Shown in pieces: positions 35,656-43,722 of a stretch of 56,031 bases of DNA. A program made the position numbers and the translations under genes. Position 1 is the stretch's first letter. Each line of letters begins with the position of its first letter. The stretch comes from a virus. The notes below the pieces were generated by a model, which was given only the letters and a program-made list of their open reading frames with translations, did not search any database and was not told where the DNA came from. The stretch covers positions 1-56,031 of the IMG/VR virus record IMGVR_UViG_3300021171_000001. One strand, written 5' to 3'.

Positions 35656-36131
35656 AAACCATTCCTCTAACCCAAGGAAAGGTCGCACTGGTCGATGATG
35701 CAGATTTTGAATTTCTGTCTCAATTTAAGTGGCATCTAAAAAGACCATCCAAGAAAGCAAGAGTACTATACGCGGTCGCGCATCAACCCAACACTACAAG
35801 GAATTCGACCAAACTTAGGATGCATAGACTTTTGCTACCAGGAGCGAAAGAAGTCGATCATATCAACGGGGATGGACTCGATAATCGACGCCAGAATCTC
35901 CGTGCGGCGACGAAGCCTCAAAATATGAGCAATATGCAAAAACACCGAGACAATGAGTCTGGATTCAAGGGTGTGTCTCGACATCAGAAGCGATGGTGCG
36001 CCAGAATTAGAAATGAATTTATTGGTGTATTCCAATCTCCATTGGAAGCTGCTAAAGCTTATGATGCTGCGGCATTGGCTCTGTTCGGGGAATTCGCTAG
36101 ACTCAATTTCCCGGAGCAAAAAAATGGCTAA
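35652..36131 (+). CDS. HNH-AP2 homing endonuclease, copy 1
   Basis: ATGA coupling. IPLTQGKVALVDDADFEFL...MHRLLLPGAKEVDHINGDGLDNRRQNLR (HNH) followed by FKGVSRHQKRWCARI...AAKAYDAAALALFGEFARLNF (AP2). Confidence 0.8.
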   Translation: MKTIPLTQGKVALVDDADFEFLSQFKWHLKRPSKKARVLYAVAHQPNTTRNSTKLRMHRLLLPGAKEVDHINGDGLDNRRQNLRAATKPQNMSNMQKHRDNESGFKGVSRHQKRWCARIRNEFIGVFQSPLEAAKAYDAAALALFGEFARLNFPEQKNG

Positions 36132-37485
36132 AATTATACTTACAGGGGGTCCGTCGTTTTCTTTGTTCAACCCGAGCTTGCACGCTTCTCTCGGCTTACT
36201 CTATTTAGGCGCATCGCTTCGTGAAGCGGGCCACGAAGTTAAAATCATCGATTGTCACCGAATCTCGACCTTCGACGCCTCGGAAAATAAACTCAAGGTC
36301 AATCCCGACCTCATGGAACCGTGCGACATCCTGGGCGTCTCGATTGTGACTCCCAATGCCGAATTTGGCGGTCAACTAGCGTCCGTTTGGCCCGCCAAGG
36401 TGAAGGTAGCCGGTGGGCCGCATGTGACGTACATCATCGAAGGTCCCCACGCTCAATTCAAACAGAAGAAATATTTCGAAGGTTTCGATTTCCTGATGAC
36501 CGGAGAGTGCGAAGAATCCTTCGTCCAGTTCTGCAATATATGGCAGGCAGGCGGGGATGTAACGAGAGTGCCAGGAGTGACGTGGTTCGATGCATTCGGA
36601 GTTCACCAGCTTTACCCATCGCCGCCGCTCCCAGATGTAACGAAGATGAAGACCCCGGCCTACGACCTCTGGGGAAATTACAGCAAAGGAGGACTTCAAG
36701 TTGCCTCAATCCACGGACAATCTATCGATGCTGCTGAAAGAACTATTGGGTCCCTATGGACAGCGAGAGGATGCCCGTATGGTTGCTCTTTTTGCGCGGA
36801 TGCTAGGACCAAACTACGGGAAGAAACCTTCGACCAGATCGAAGCGGAGGTCAAAGCCCTCGCCGAAATTGGAGTAACCGCCCTCCGAGTTTGGGATGAT
36901 GTGTTGACCATTAAGGCGAAGCGGTGCCGGGAATTGGCTGCCCTGTTTCACGACTACGGGATGCTGTGGCGAGGATGGAGCCGGGTCAATCTGTTCGACT
37001 CGGAACTGTTCAAGGACCTAGCTCGCCTCGGTTGCACCGAACTCGGGTTCGGAGTCGAGCACGGCTCGGCCCGAATGCTGAAAGCCATGAACAAGGGCAC
37101 GACGCCCGAAGCGAACACTCGGGGGATTAAACTTTGCCAAGATGCCGGAATCTCGGCACGGGCGTATCTTTTGATCGGGTTTCCGGGTGAAACTTGGGAG
37201 TCGATTCAGGAAATGCAGGACTGGCTGGACACCTGCCGACCGGATGCCGCCAGTTTGCATATGTTCCAGCCGTATCCTGGATGTGAAGTGTGGAACACGC
37301 CCGAAAAATTCGGGGTTTCTATCCCACCGGATAAGTTCTCTATGATGTGGGAATTGATGGATGACGACCCGAAAACGACGGTTCTAGACTTACCGACAAT
37401 GACTACAGCAGAACTTTTCCAAGCACGTAAGAATCTGCACAACTGGATCACGGATAATATCTCTCTCCGGCTTGCGACCCGATGA
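36124..37485 (+). CDS. B12-binding-domain radical SAM enzyme
   Basis: N-terminus GLLYLGASLREAGHEVKIIDC (cobalamin-binding-domain pattern) and CPYGCSFC (C-x3-C-x2-C). Confidence 0.7.
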   Translation: MAKIILTGGPSFSLFNPSLHASLGLLYLGASLREAGHEVKIIDCHRISTFDASENKLKVNPDLMEPCDILGVSIVTPNAEFGGQLASVWPAKVKVAGGPHVTYIIEGPHAQFKQKKYFEGFDFLMTGECEESFVQFCNIWQAGGDVTRVPGVTWFDAFGVHQLYPSPPLPDVTKMKTPAYDLWGNYSKGGLQVASIHGQSIDAAERTIGSLWTARGCPYGCSFCADARTKLREETFDQIEAEVKALAEIGVTALRVWDDVLTIKAKRCRELAALFHDYGMLWRGWSRVNLFDSELFKDLARLGCTELGFGVEHGSARMLKAMNKGTTPEANTRGIKLCQDAGISARAYLLIGFPGETWESIQEMQDWLDTCRPDAASLHMFQPYPGCEVWNTPEKFGVSIPPDKFSMMWELMDDDPKTTVLDLPTMTTAELFQARKNLHNWITDNISLRLATR

Positions 37486-38186
37486 CGACGAAGCCCCTTG
37501 GCCGAAAAAACTATGGCAGCATTCCGCATCTTCCGGACAGCCGAATGGGACCAGGGGACCACCATTGCCACGAAGGACAGGAAGAAATTTGCACGAATCG
37601 GTTACGGGACCGTCACGATCTTGTAATCTGCACGGAGAAACTTGACGGTTCGAACGTCGGCGTAGCAAGAATCGGAGATGATATTTTGGCTCTTGGCCGT
37701 GCCGGGTATCTCGCTCAAACTTCCAAGTTCATACAGCATCAATGGTTTGCTGATTGGGTTAGAAAGAATGAGGATCGTTTTCGGTCTGCGCTACAGCCCG
37801 GCCAGCGTATTGTCGGAGAATGGCTTGCTCAAGCGCACGGCACTAGATATAAACTCACGCATGAGCCATTCGTAGTATTCGATCTCATGGAAGATGACCG
37901 GCGCTTGCCCTACTCGGCCATCGAACAGCTACAAGATCGTTTTGTGCTCGCGCATGTGATCCAGAAGGGCGGTCCTATTTGTGTAGGACTTGGATTTGAA
38001 GAATTGGAGCGTGGCGGAAGAAACGGATTTCATGGGGCCATTGATCCGGTTGAAGGGATGGTATGGAGGATTGAGCGTAAAGGTGAATTCGATTTCATGG
38101 CGAAGTTCGTTCGTCCGACTAAAGTTGACGGAGCCTATCTACCGGAAGTTTCTGGCCTTGATCCTGTATGGAATTGGACGCCATGA
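37482..38186 (+). CDS. ATP-dependent RNA ligase-like nucleotidyltransferase (PF09414 / Rnl2-5-like)
   Basis: YGSIPHLPDSRMGPGD, motif I EKLDGSN, GEW, EGMVWR, KFVR. Confidence 0.6.
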   Translation: MTTKPLGRKNYGSIPHLPDSRMGPGDHHCHEGQEEICTNRLRDRHDLVICTEKLDGSNVGVARIGDDILALGRAGYLAQTSKFIQHQWFADWVRKNEDRFRSALQPGQRIVGEWLAQAHGTRYKLTHEPFVVFDLMEDDRRLPYSAIEQLQDRFVLAHVIQKGGPICVGLGFEELERGGRNGFHGAIDPVEGMVWRIERKGEFDFMAKFVRPTKVDGAYLPEVSGLDPVWNWTP

Positions 38187-38893
38187 AACTGAGTATCATC
38201 TGTGCAGGCCGAAACGATGGGCATTGCGGAGACTTCATCGACCGGATGAACTGCTCCTTCGAAACGCTTCCATCCGATGCCGAAATCATCATGGTCGAAT
38301 GGAATCCTCCCGAGGATCGGCCTCCGCTTGCCTCGACGATCCGGCGACGGGGCGTTCGGGTTATTACCGTTTCACGGGAATTGCACAATCAGATGCATGG
38401 GCATGACTGGCTTCCGTTCTTCGAATATCGGGCCAAGAATGTCGGCATTCGGAGGGCGCACGGCAACTGGATTTTATCGATGAATCCCGACATCATTTTA
38501 GGGCAGGAAATGCTCGAACGTCTCGGGTACGACTTCGATTACCATTGCTGCTACGAGGCTCCGAGACATGATATCAAAGACGGGAAACTCGTTCAGATTA
38601 CAAGTGGGCCGGGAGACTTCGTTCTGATGCATCGGGACAAGTGGTTCGACCTCCGAGGGTATCTCGATATTGTCAGTTATTCGCATATCGATTCGCTGCT
38701 TATATGGAATGCGGAGTCTATGGGCATTCCAAAGGTCGAACTTCCCTGCCCGATCTTCCATCAGGAGCACGACCGTTCGGTTCACAAAGGCCGAATGACG
38801 ATCCATTCCTCGGACATCCACTATTTCGTTGGGCAAAAGAATGACGAGGATTGGGGACTCGCCGACATCCATTTACCGGAGATCACGACATGA
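38183..38893 (+). CDS. GT-A (GT2-like) glycosyltransferase
   Basis: MKLSIICAGRND ... AKNVGIRRAHGNWILSMNPD. Confidence 0.5.
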   Translation: MKLSIICAGRNDGHCGDFIDRMNCSFETLPSDAEIIMVEWNPPEDRPPLASTIRRRGVRVITVSRELHNQMHGHDWLPFFEYRAKNVGIRRAHGNWILSMNPDIILGQEMLERLGYDFDYHCCYEAPRHDIKDGKLVQITSGPGDFVLMHRDKWFDLRGYLDIVSYSHIDSLLIWNAESMGIPKVELPCPIFHQEHDRSVHKGRMTIHSSDIHYFVGQKNDEDWGLADIHLPEITT

Positions 38894-39360
38894 AGGAAAT
38901 TACTTTAACGCAAGGTAAAGTGGCCCTTGTTGATGACGAGGATTTTGAATACCTTTCTCGATTCAATTGGCATGTTAAAAGAACTAATCGGAAATGGAAA
39001 GTTCTTTACGCTGTTGCACACGAACCAAACACGAAGAGGAATTCCACTAAGTTGAGAATGCACCGCCTTTTATTGCCGGACGCTAAAGAGATCGACCATA
39101 TCAACGGGGATGGTTTGGATAACAGACGTTGCAATCTTCGTCCAGCAACTCATCGTCAAAACCTAGCCAAGTCCAGGCGTCCACTGGGGGCTAGTGGCTT
39201 AATTGGAGTGGATCAATTATATGGAAAATGGAGAGCCAGAATTACTGTCAATGGGATAGGACATCATCTTGGGATGTTTACTTCAAAAGAAGAAGCGGTA
39301 TCAGCCTACAATGCAGCCGCACAAAAATTTAACGGTGAATTTGCTAGGACAAATTTATGA
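38890..39360 (+). CDS. HNH-AP2 homing endonuclease, copy 2
   Basis: ITLTQGKVALVDDEDFEYL...MHRLLLPDAKEIDHINGDGLDNRRCNLR ... WRARITVNG...AVSAYNAAAQKFNGEFARTN; paralog of 35652..36131. Confidence 0.8.
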   Translation: MKEITLTQGKVALVDDEDFEYLSRFNWHVKRTNRKWKVLYAVAHEPNTKRNSTKLRMHRLLLPDAKEIDHINGDGLDNRRCNLRPATHRQNLAKSRRPLGASGLIGVDQLYGKWRARITVNGIGHHLGMFTSKEEAVSAYNAAAQKFNGEFARTNL

Positions 39361-40334
39361 AATGTGGACTTTTATATCCCTGCGTTTCTGCTCTTGTTGA
39401 AAAAATGGCGTCCATATTTCCTGATCTTTGTGTAATCGGACCTCCGTGCGATGCGCTGTACAGTTGGGACAAGAGAATCCTGAATCTGGCAAAAGCGAAG
39501 GACAGAGTGAAAGAATGGCAGGAAGTCGGGCTTGACCTTCATTTCGAGGAAAAGCCGTACTCGGAGTGCGATTTCTCGAAGTTTGATCTCCTGATCGAAT
39601 CGGTCGAGACTTTCGATTATGCCGCCGACTGGAAGAACCATTGTCACCGGGTCGAATGCCCGATTCTGGTCTTTGTGTGCTGGTACGACGGCCCGGATTA
39701 CTTGCCCTCGAACTACCGGGAGAAGATCAAAAACCTACCCATCAAAGTCGGGATGCCGTCCATTGTCCCATCCTGGAAGTCAGCCTATCCCCAAGCGGAG
39801 TTCGGTCCACTTCCAGTCGGCGATTGGTGGTTCGAGCGGGAATGGACTGGCCTTCGGGAAGAGGCACTATTCGTTCTCGCCGGGAAGGACCTATGGCGAC
39901 CGGCAGACAAATCGGTCTGTGGGGTTGATCTATTCGAACAACTCTCGGAACGCTTCCCGGGACGGATGCACCACCACGACGGGGCGACTGAATTTAAGAC
40001 CGCGAAGCAGATGGCCGAAATGTATAGCGAGTACCGGGCCTTCCTGAATCTCGATAATGCAGCCGGTAGACCGCTATCGACTTCCTTCACGGAGGCTTTG
40101 GCAGCCGGTATGCCGGTCGTAGCTCGGGACCTTCCGGGACTCAACTATAAGGACTATATCGATGGAAACGGAACCTACACAGAGAATTTCGATACAATGT
40201 GCGATTTCATCGACAATTGTTTTTCGAGTATTGGATTCGCCAGGACGTGCAGTATGTACAGTCGAGCCATCGCTCGGGCGGCATTCTCGGTGGCGAATGT
40301 TCGACCCTACTACGAAATCGGAAGGTCGGTATGA
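39357..40334 (+). CDS. GT-B (GT1/GT4-like) glycosyltransferase
   Basis: The C-terminal FTEALAAGMPVVARDLPG matches the E-x7-E-region pattern EA-x-A-x-G-x-PVV. Confidence 0.5.
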   Translation: MKCGLLYPCVSALVEKMASIFPDLCVIGPPCDALYSWDKRILNLAKAKDRVKEWQEVGLDLHFEEKPYSECDFSKFDLLIESVETFDYAADWKNHCHRVECPILVFVCWYDGPDYLPSNYREKIKNLPIKVGMPSIVPSWKSAYPQAEFGPLPVGDWWFEREWTGLREEALFVLAGKDLWRPADKSVCGVDLFEQLSERFPGRMHHHDGATEFKTAKQMAEMYSEYRAFLNLDNAAGRPLSTSFTEALAAGMPVVARDLPGLNYKDYIDGNGTYTENFDTMCDFIDNCFSSIGFARTCSMYSRAIARAAFSVANVRPYYEIGRSV

Positions 40335-40495
40335 CCGACGAGCAGGATAGCCTAAAGGAACTGTACGAACACGCAATCGAGGAATGGGAGTCCGGCAAGA
40401 CCCTCGATGAGATCGGCGAAAAGTATGGGTTTACAGGCAGCACAGTTCTACGTATCCTTCAATTTTTGGGCGTGCCCAAGAAGGAAATTCAATGA
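40331..40495 (+). CDS. Small HTH protein
   Basis: TLDEIGEKYGFTGSTVLRILQFLGV; ATGA coupling on both sides. Confidence 0.5.
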   Translation: MTDEQDSLKELYEHAIEEWESGKTLDEIGEKYGFTGSTVLRILQFLGVPKKEIQ

Positions 40496-41091
40496 GAAAT
40501 GAAATGACCGGCCAGCGCTTCGGTAGACTAGTTGTATTATACCCAACAGAACGTCGGAAGAGTGAAAGTGTCATATGGAAATGCCACTGTGATTGCGGTA
40601 ACGCGACCGAAGTGGTTAGCACGGCTCTACGACGTGGACATACCAAGAGTTGCGGATGTCTCCATCAGGAAAAGATGCTTGATGGTATCGGCAGAACGCA
40701 TGGACACAATTCGACCAAATTAGGGAAGAGTAGAACGTATCAATCATGGGATGGAATTATCCAACGCTGTTGTAATCCGAATTGTGTTGCGTATCTCAAA
40801 TATGGTGCCCGTGGGATTAAGGTCTGTGAACGATGGAGGGATTTCAAAAACTTCTTGGCCGATATGGGCGAGCGCCCACTCGACAAAACCATCGACCGAA
40901 TAGATTCGAAGAAAGGCTACTATCCAGAAAATTGTAGATGGGCCACTAGATTAGAACAAGGTCAGAATACATCACGGAATATTCGAATTACAATGAATGG
41001 GAAGACCTTGGTCCTAAGTGAATGGGCCAGAAGACTAAATGTACATAGGAATACATTGGGATATAGATATCATCGCGGAATATGGCCGTGA
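40492..41091 (+). CDS. Homing-endonuclease-like DNA-binding protein (degenerate HNH type), copy 1
   Basis: GQRFGRLVV...CHCDCGN...SCGC ... YGARGIKVCERW-DFKNFLADMGERP...IDRIDSKKGYYPENCRWATRLEQ-QN. Confidence 0.5.
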   Translation: MRNEMTGQRFGRLVVLYPTERRKSESVIWKCHCDCGNATEVVSTALRRGHTKSCGCLHQEKMLDGIGRTHGHNSTKLGKSRTYQSWDGIIQRCCNPNCVAYLKYGARGIKVCERWRDFKNFLADMGERPLDKTIDRIDSKKGYYPENCRWATRLEQGQNTSRNIRITMNGKTLVLSEWARRLNVHRNTLGYRYHRGIWP

Positions 41092-41906
41092 TAAGTATAC
41101 TTTTACCTACTCGCAAACGGCCAAAGGAATTACGTCGCATGGTCGAATCGGTTCGAGATACAGCCAAGAATGAGGTAGACATTTGTCTATATATAGACGA
41201 CGATGACCCGCTTAGTATTCCCGTCGCAGAAGAACTAGGGTTGGCCTACAAAATCGGTCCACGAATCAGAAAAATTACTCAGGCGTGGAATGAAATACTT
41301 CCGATTGCGCGTGGTGAAATTTTAGAACAGGGTAACGATGATGTTCGCTACTGTACATCCGGTTGGGATGTAATGGTGCAAGAAGCCTTCGATGAAGTGC
41401 CGGACAAAATTATGTGTCTACATGGCCTTGACCGCTTCGGACATGGATCAAATTTTGGTCCCCATGCCTTCACTAGTAAACGCTGGACCGATTGTTTAGG
41501 TTACTTTATTGCACCGTACTTTAGCAGTGACTTTGGAGATGCGTGGCTTTGCGAATTGGCGAATATGATTGGTCGCCGTCGGTACCTTCCTTTTATCATT
41601 GAACATTTACATTTCTCGCAAGGGATGGCCGAGATCGATGAGAATACCGCCGACCGATTACAACGGCACCGGGAGGATGACCCCGACACTCTATACTATA
41701 GCCCGGCAATGCAAGCCGAACGGCAGCGTGACGCTCAGAAACTCGCAAAACTAATGGATAAGCGGCAGGATACGAAGGGCTGGTGTCCGCCACACAACAA
41801 TATTCGAAGCGCCGGGATGTGTCCGAAGTGCGAGAGCCTATCGACTGTGGCGGTCGGAGTGGGGAAGTTCCATTGCAATTGTTGTTCATACCTATTTACG
41901 AGGTAG
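41082..41906 (+). CDS. GT-A glycosyltransferase with a C-terminal zinc ribbon
   Basis: ISILLPTRKRPKEL ... LYIDDDD ... CPKCESLSTVAVGVGKFHCNCCS. Confidence 0.5.
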   Translation: MAVISILLPTRKRPKELRRMVESVRDTAKNEVDICLYIDDDDPLSIPVAEELGLAYKIGPRIRKITQAWNEILPIARGEILEQGNDDVRYCTSGWDVMVQEAFDEVPDKIMCLHGLDRFGHGSNFGPHAFTSKRWTDCLGYFIAPYFSSDFGDAWLCELANMIGRRRYLPFIIEHLHFSQGMAEIDENTADRLQRHREDDPDTLYYSPAMQAERQRDAQKLAKLMDKRQDTKGWCPPHNNIRSAGMCPKCESLSTVAVGVGKFHCNCCSYLFTR

Positions 41907-41908
41907 CA

Positions 41909-42469
41909 ATGCCTAGACTAAGCACAAAGAACAAATGCCCTCATTGCGAAGGCATGAAATGTTGGTATGCCAAAACGTGTAGGACATGTAGGGATAAAAT
42001 CCGTATAGGTTGGAACGGACCAAAATGGAGTCAAAAGCTCGGGCCAATATCACTTACCAAACACGGCCATAACAACGCATCCGGTAAAAGTCCGACATAC
42101 AGATCGTGGAATGCAATGATCCAGCGTTGTAGAAATGAGAATTCTAAGGAGTATTACAACTATGGAGGCCGGGGAATTAAAGTCTGCGAAAGATGGTTTA
42201 AATTTGAACATTTTTTGGCTGATATGGGCGAACGTCCAACTGGACTTGGGCGCGGCTTTACCTTAGACCGTTATCCGAATCAGAATGGAAACTACGAACC
42301 AGGAAATTGCCGATGGGCTACATGGACCGAGCAAATGAACAACAGCAGGAGAAATATCCGAGTTGAATTCCAGGGTCAAAATCTGACTTTAGGAGAATGG
42401 GCCAGAGAACTTAATGTCGATTACAAATCTCTACAGAGGCAACATAGCGCGGGGAAGTGGCCGACATGA
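41909..42469 (+). CDS. Homing-endonuclease-like DNA-binding protein, copy 2
   Basis: YGGRGIKVCERWFKFEHFLADMGERP...LDRYPNQNGNYEPGNCRWATWTEQ-NN; paralog of 40492..41091. Confidence 0.5.
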   Translation: MPRLSTKNKCPHCEGMKCWYAKTCRTCRDKIRIGWNGPKWSQKLGPISLTKHGHNNASGKSPTYRSWNAMIQRCRNENSKEYYNYGGRGIKVCERWFKFEHFLADMGERPTGLGRGFTLDRYPNQNGNYEPGNCRWATWTEQMNNSRRNIRVEFQGQNLTLGEWARELNVDYKSLQRQHSAGKWPT

Positions 42470-43140
42470 AGTGGGAGATTTTGATATTAACAATGCCCAC
42501 TCGCTATGAATTTCTACGGCGTTTAATGATGTGTCTCGCCCCCCAATGCTCCGGTAATCCGAATATTTCGGTCAGGATTCGTACCTGCGATCCTAAATAT
42601 ACTTTGGGCGAAAACCGCGATATGTTGAGAAGGGCGTCGGAAGCACATTATTGTTCATTTTGTGACGATGACGATTTAGTATCTACCGACTATATATCTT
42701 CGATTCTTCCGCTAATGGACGGCGTAGATTATATCGGCCATAATTTGCAGTGTTATGTGGACGGCGAACCTCTTGGAAAAGTGACCCGTCATTCGTTGGT
42801 TTATAGGGGGTGGTATGAAACTGATGAATTCTATGCACGGGACATTTCGCATATCAATCCGATACGTCGGGACCTTGCGCTACTCGAACCAATGGAAGGC
42901 GGGCACGGAGAGGACGTTCGGTGGGCCGACCGGATGCGGGCGAGAGGTGTTCTGAAAACGGAACGCTATATAGATCGGGTTCTATACCACTACTATTTCC
43001 GAACCCGAAAGAACATGGGTAAGCCATGCCCGAAGTGCGGCAGTACGTCCACCGTGCTCGTCGGCGAAGGGACAGTATGCAACGCCTGTAGCCTCTCGTT
43101 CGACCGGCATCCAGAGCAAAAATCTTGCCTTTGGACCTAA
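42466..43140 (+). CDS. GT-A glycosyltransferase with a C-terminal zinc ribbon
   Basis: ILILTMPTRYEFL ... FCDDDD ... CPKCGSTSTVLVGEGTVCNACS. Confidence 0.5.
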   Translation: MKWEILILTMPTRYEFLRRLMMCLAPQCSGNPNISVRIRTCDPKYTLGENRDMLRRASEAHYCSFCDDDDLVSTDYISSILPLMDGVDYIGHNLQCYVDGEPLGKVTRHSLVYRGWYETDEFYARDISHINPIRRDLALLEPMEGGHGEDVRWADRMRARGVLKTERYIDRVLYHYYFRTRKNMGKPCPKCGSTSTVLVGEGTVCNACSLSFDRHPEQKSCLWT

Positions 43141-43183
43141 AATCGGTATAATCGGCCCATCGAAGCAAGGCTAGGGAGGGATA

Positions 43184-43223
43184 CGGGAGCGGTGCAGGGC
43201 CAGACCGCTCTCGTATTTCATTT
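43184..43223 (+). terminator. Intrinsic terminator closing the sugar-modification operon
   Basis: CGGGAGCGGT-gcagggccag-ACCGCTCTCG-TATTTCATTT. Confidence 0.65.
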
Positions 43224-43250
43224 GACTTGGATATCCGATTCTGTTATTAT
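43222..43250 (+). promoter_or_regulatory. Sigma70-like promoter whose -10 box lies 7 nt from ATG 43258 (leaderless design)
   Basis: TTGACT 43222-43227, 17-nt spacer, TATTAT 43245-43250. Confidence 0.6.
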
Positions 43251-43257
43251 ATTCGGC

Positions 43258-43722
43258 ATGACATAGATTCCTGAATCCTACGTTTATATTTTCATCAGGA
43301 CCGATCTTCCGGTCGAGCATCAAATCGTCCAATCAAATCACGCTATTTTCCATCTCGCACTCGAACATGCCGGTATTCAGGGTGTGCCCAATATTGTCCT
43401 GATCGGCATTCCTAATGTGAAGAGTCTCGCCCGCGTCGAACGAAAACTACAAGAGAATCAAATCCAGCACTACAGTTGGCATGAGCCGGATAACGATATG
43501 GGATTTACGGCGATTGCGACGGTTCCGCTTCGAGGCGAGATTCGGAAGCTAATGGAGAATTATCGACTTTACCCACGTTCCCCTCGTATAAGCGTATGTA
43601 CACCCGCCTCTACAGCGGGTAGTCCAGGTATAAGCCCTGGGGGGAGCGCCATGCCGGACGGTGGGAGGCATCTCACCTCACTTGAATGTGAGTCCGGCTC
43701 CAATTCGACTGAGCGCCCGTAG
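43258..43722 (+). CDS. Peptidyl-tRNA hydrolase 2 (Pth2)-like ORF with an in-frame TAG as codon 3 (43264-43266) and no stop at the family C-terminus
   Basis: ATG ACA TAG, then IPESYVYIFIRTDLPVEHQIVQSNHAIF...NIVLIGIPN...EPDNDMGFTAIATVPL...NYRLY. The track ORF (GTG 43384) would lack the R-x-DL/Q-x-x-HA third. The frame runs on through tRNA-like 1 to TAG 43720. Confidence 0.5.
43577..43651 (+). tRNA. tRNA-like gene 1, anticodon CUA (amber-suppressor candidate), encoded CCA
   Basis: Hand fold: acceptor GTTCCCC/GGGGAGC; D stem GTAT/GTAC; anticodon stem CCCGC/GCGGG; loop cTCTAca; T stem CCAGG/CCTGG; G73; CCA. The D and T loops are non-canonical (no GG; T loop TATAAGC) and position 37 is C. Confidence 0.55.
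43654..43697 (+). ncRNA. Three-way-junction RNA element between the two tRNA-like genes
   Basis: P1 CCGGAC/GTCCGG encloses P2 GGTGGGA-ggca-TCTCACC (7 bp) and P3 TCAC-ttgaat-GTGA, with no unpaired linkers. Confidence 0.4.

Noticed and set aside
43384-43722. GTG 43384 as the start of the Pth2-like gene (as in the ORF track)
   Set aside because: It would delete the conserved R-x-DL and Q-x-x-HA region, which is clearly encoded in frame upstream. The promoter geometry points to ATG 43258.
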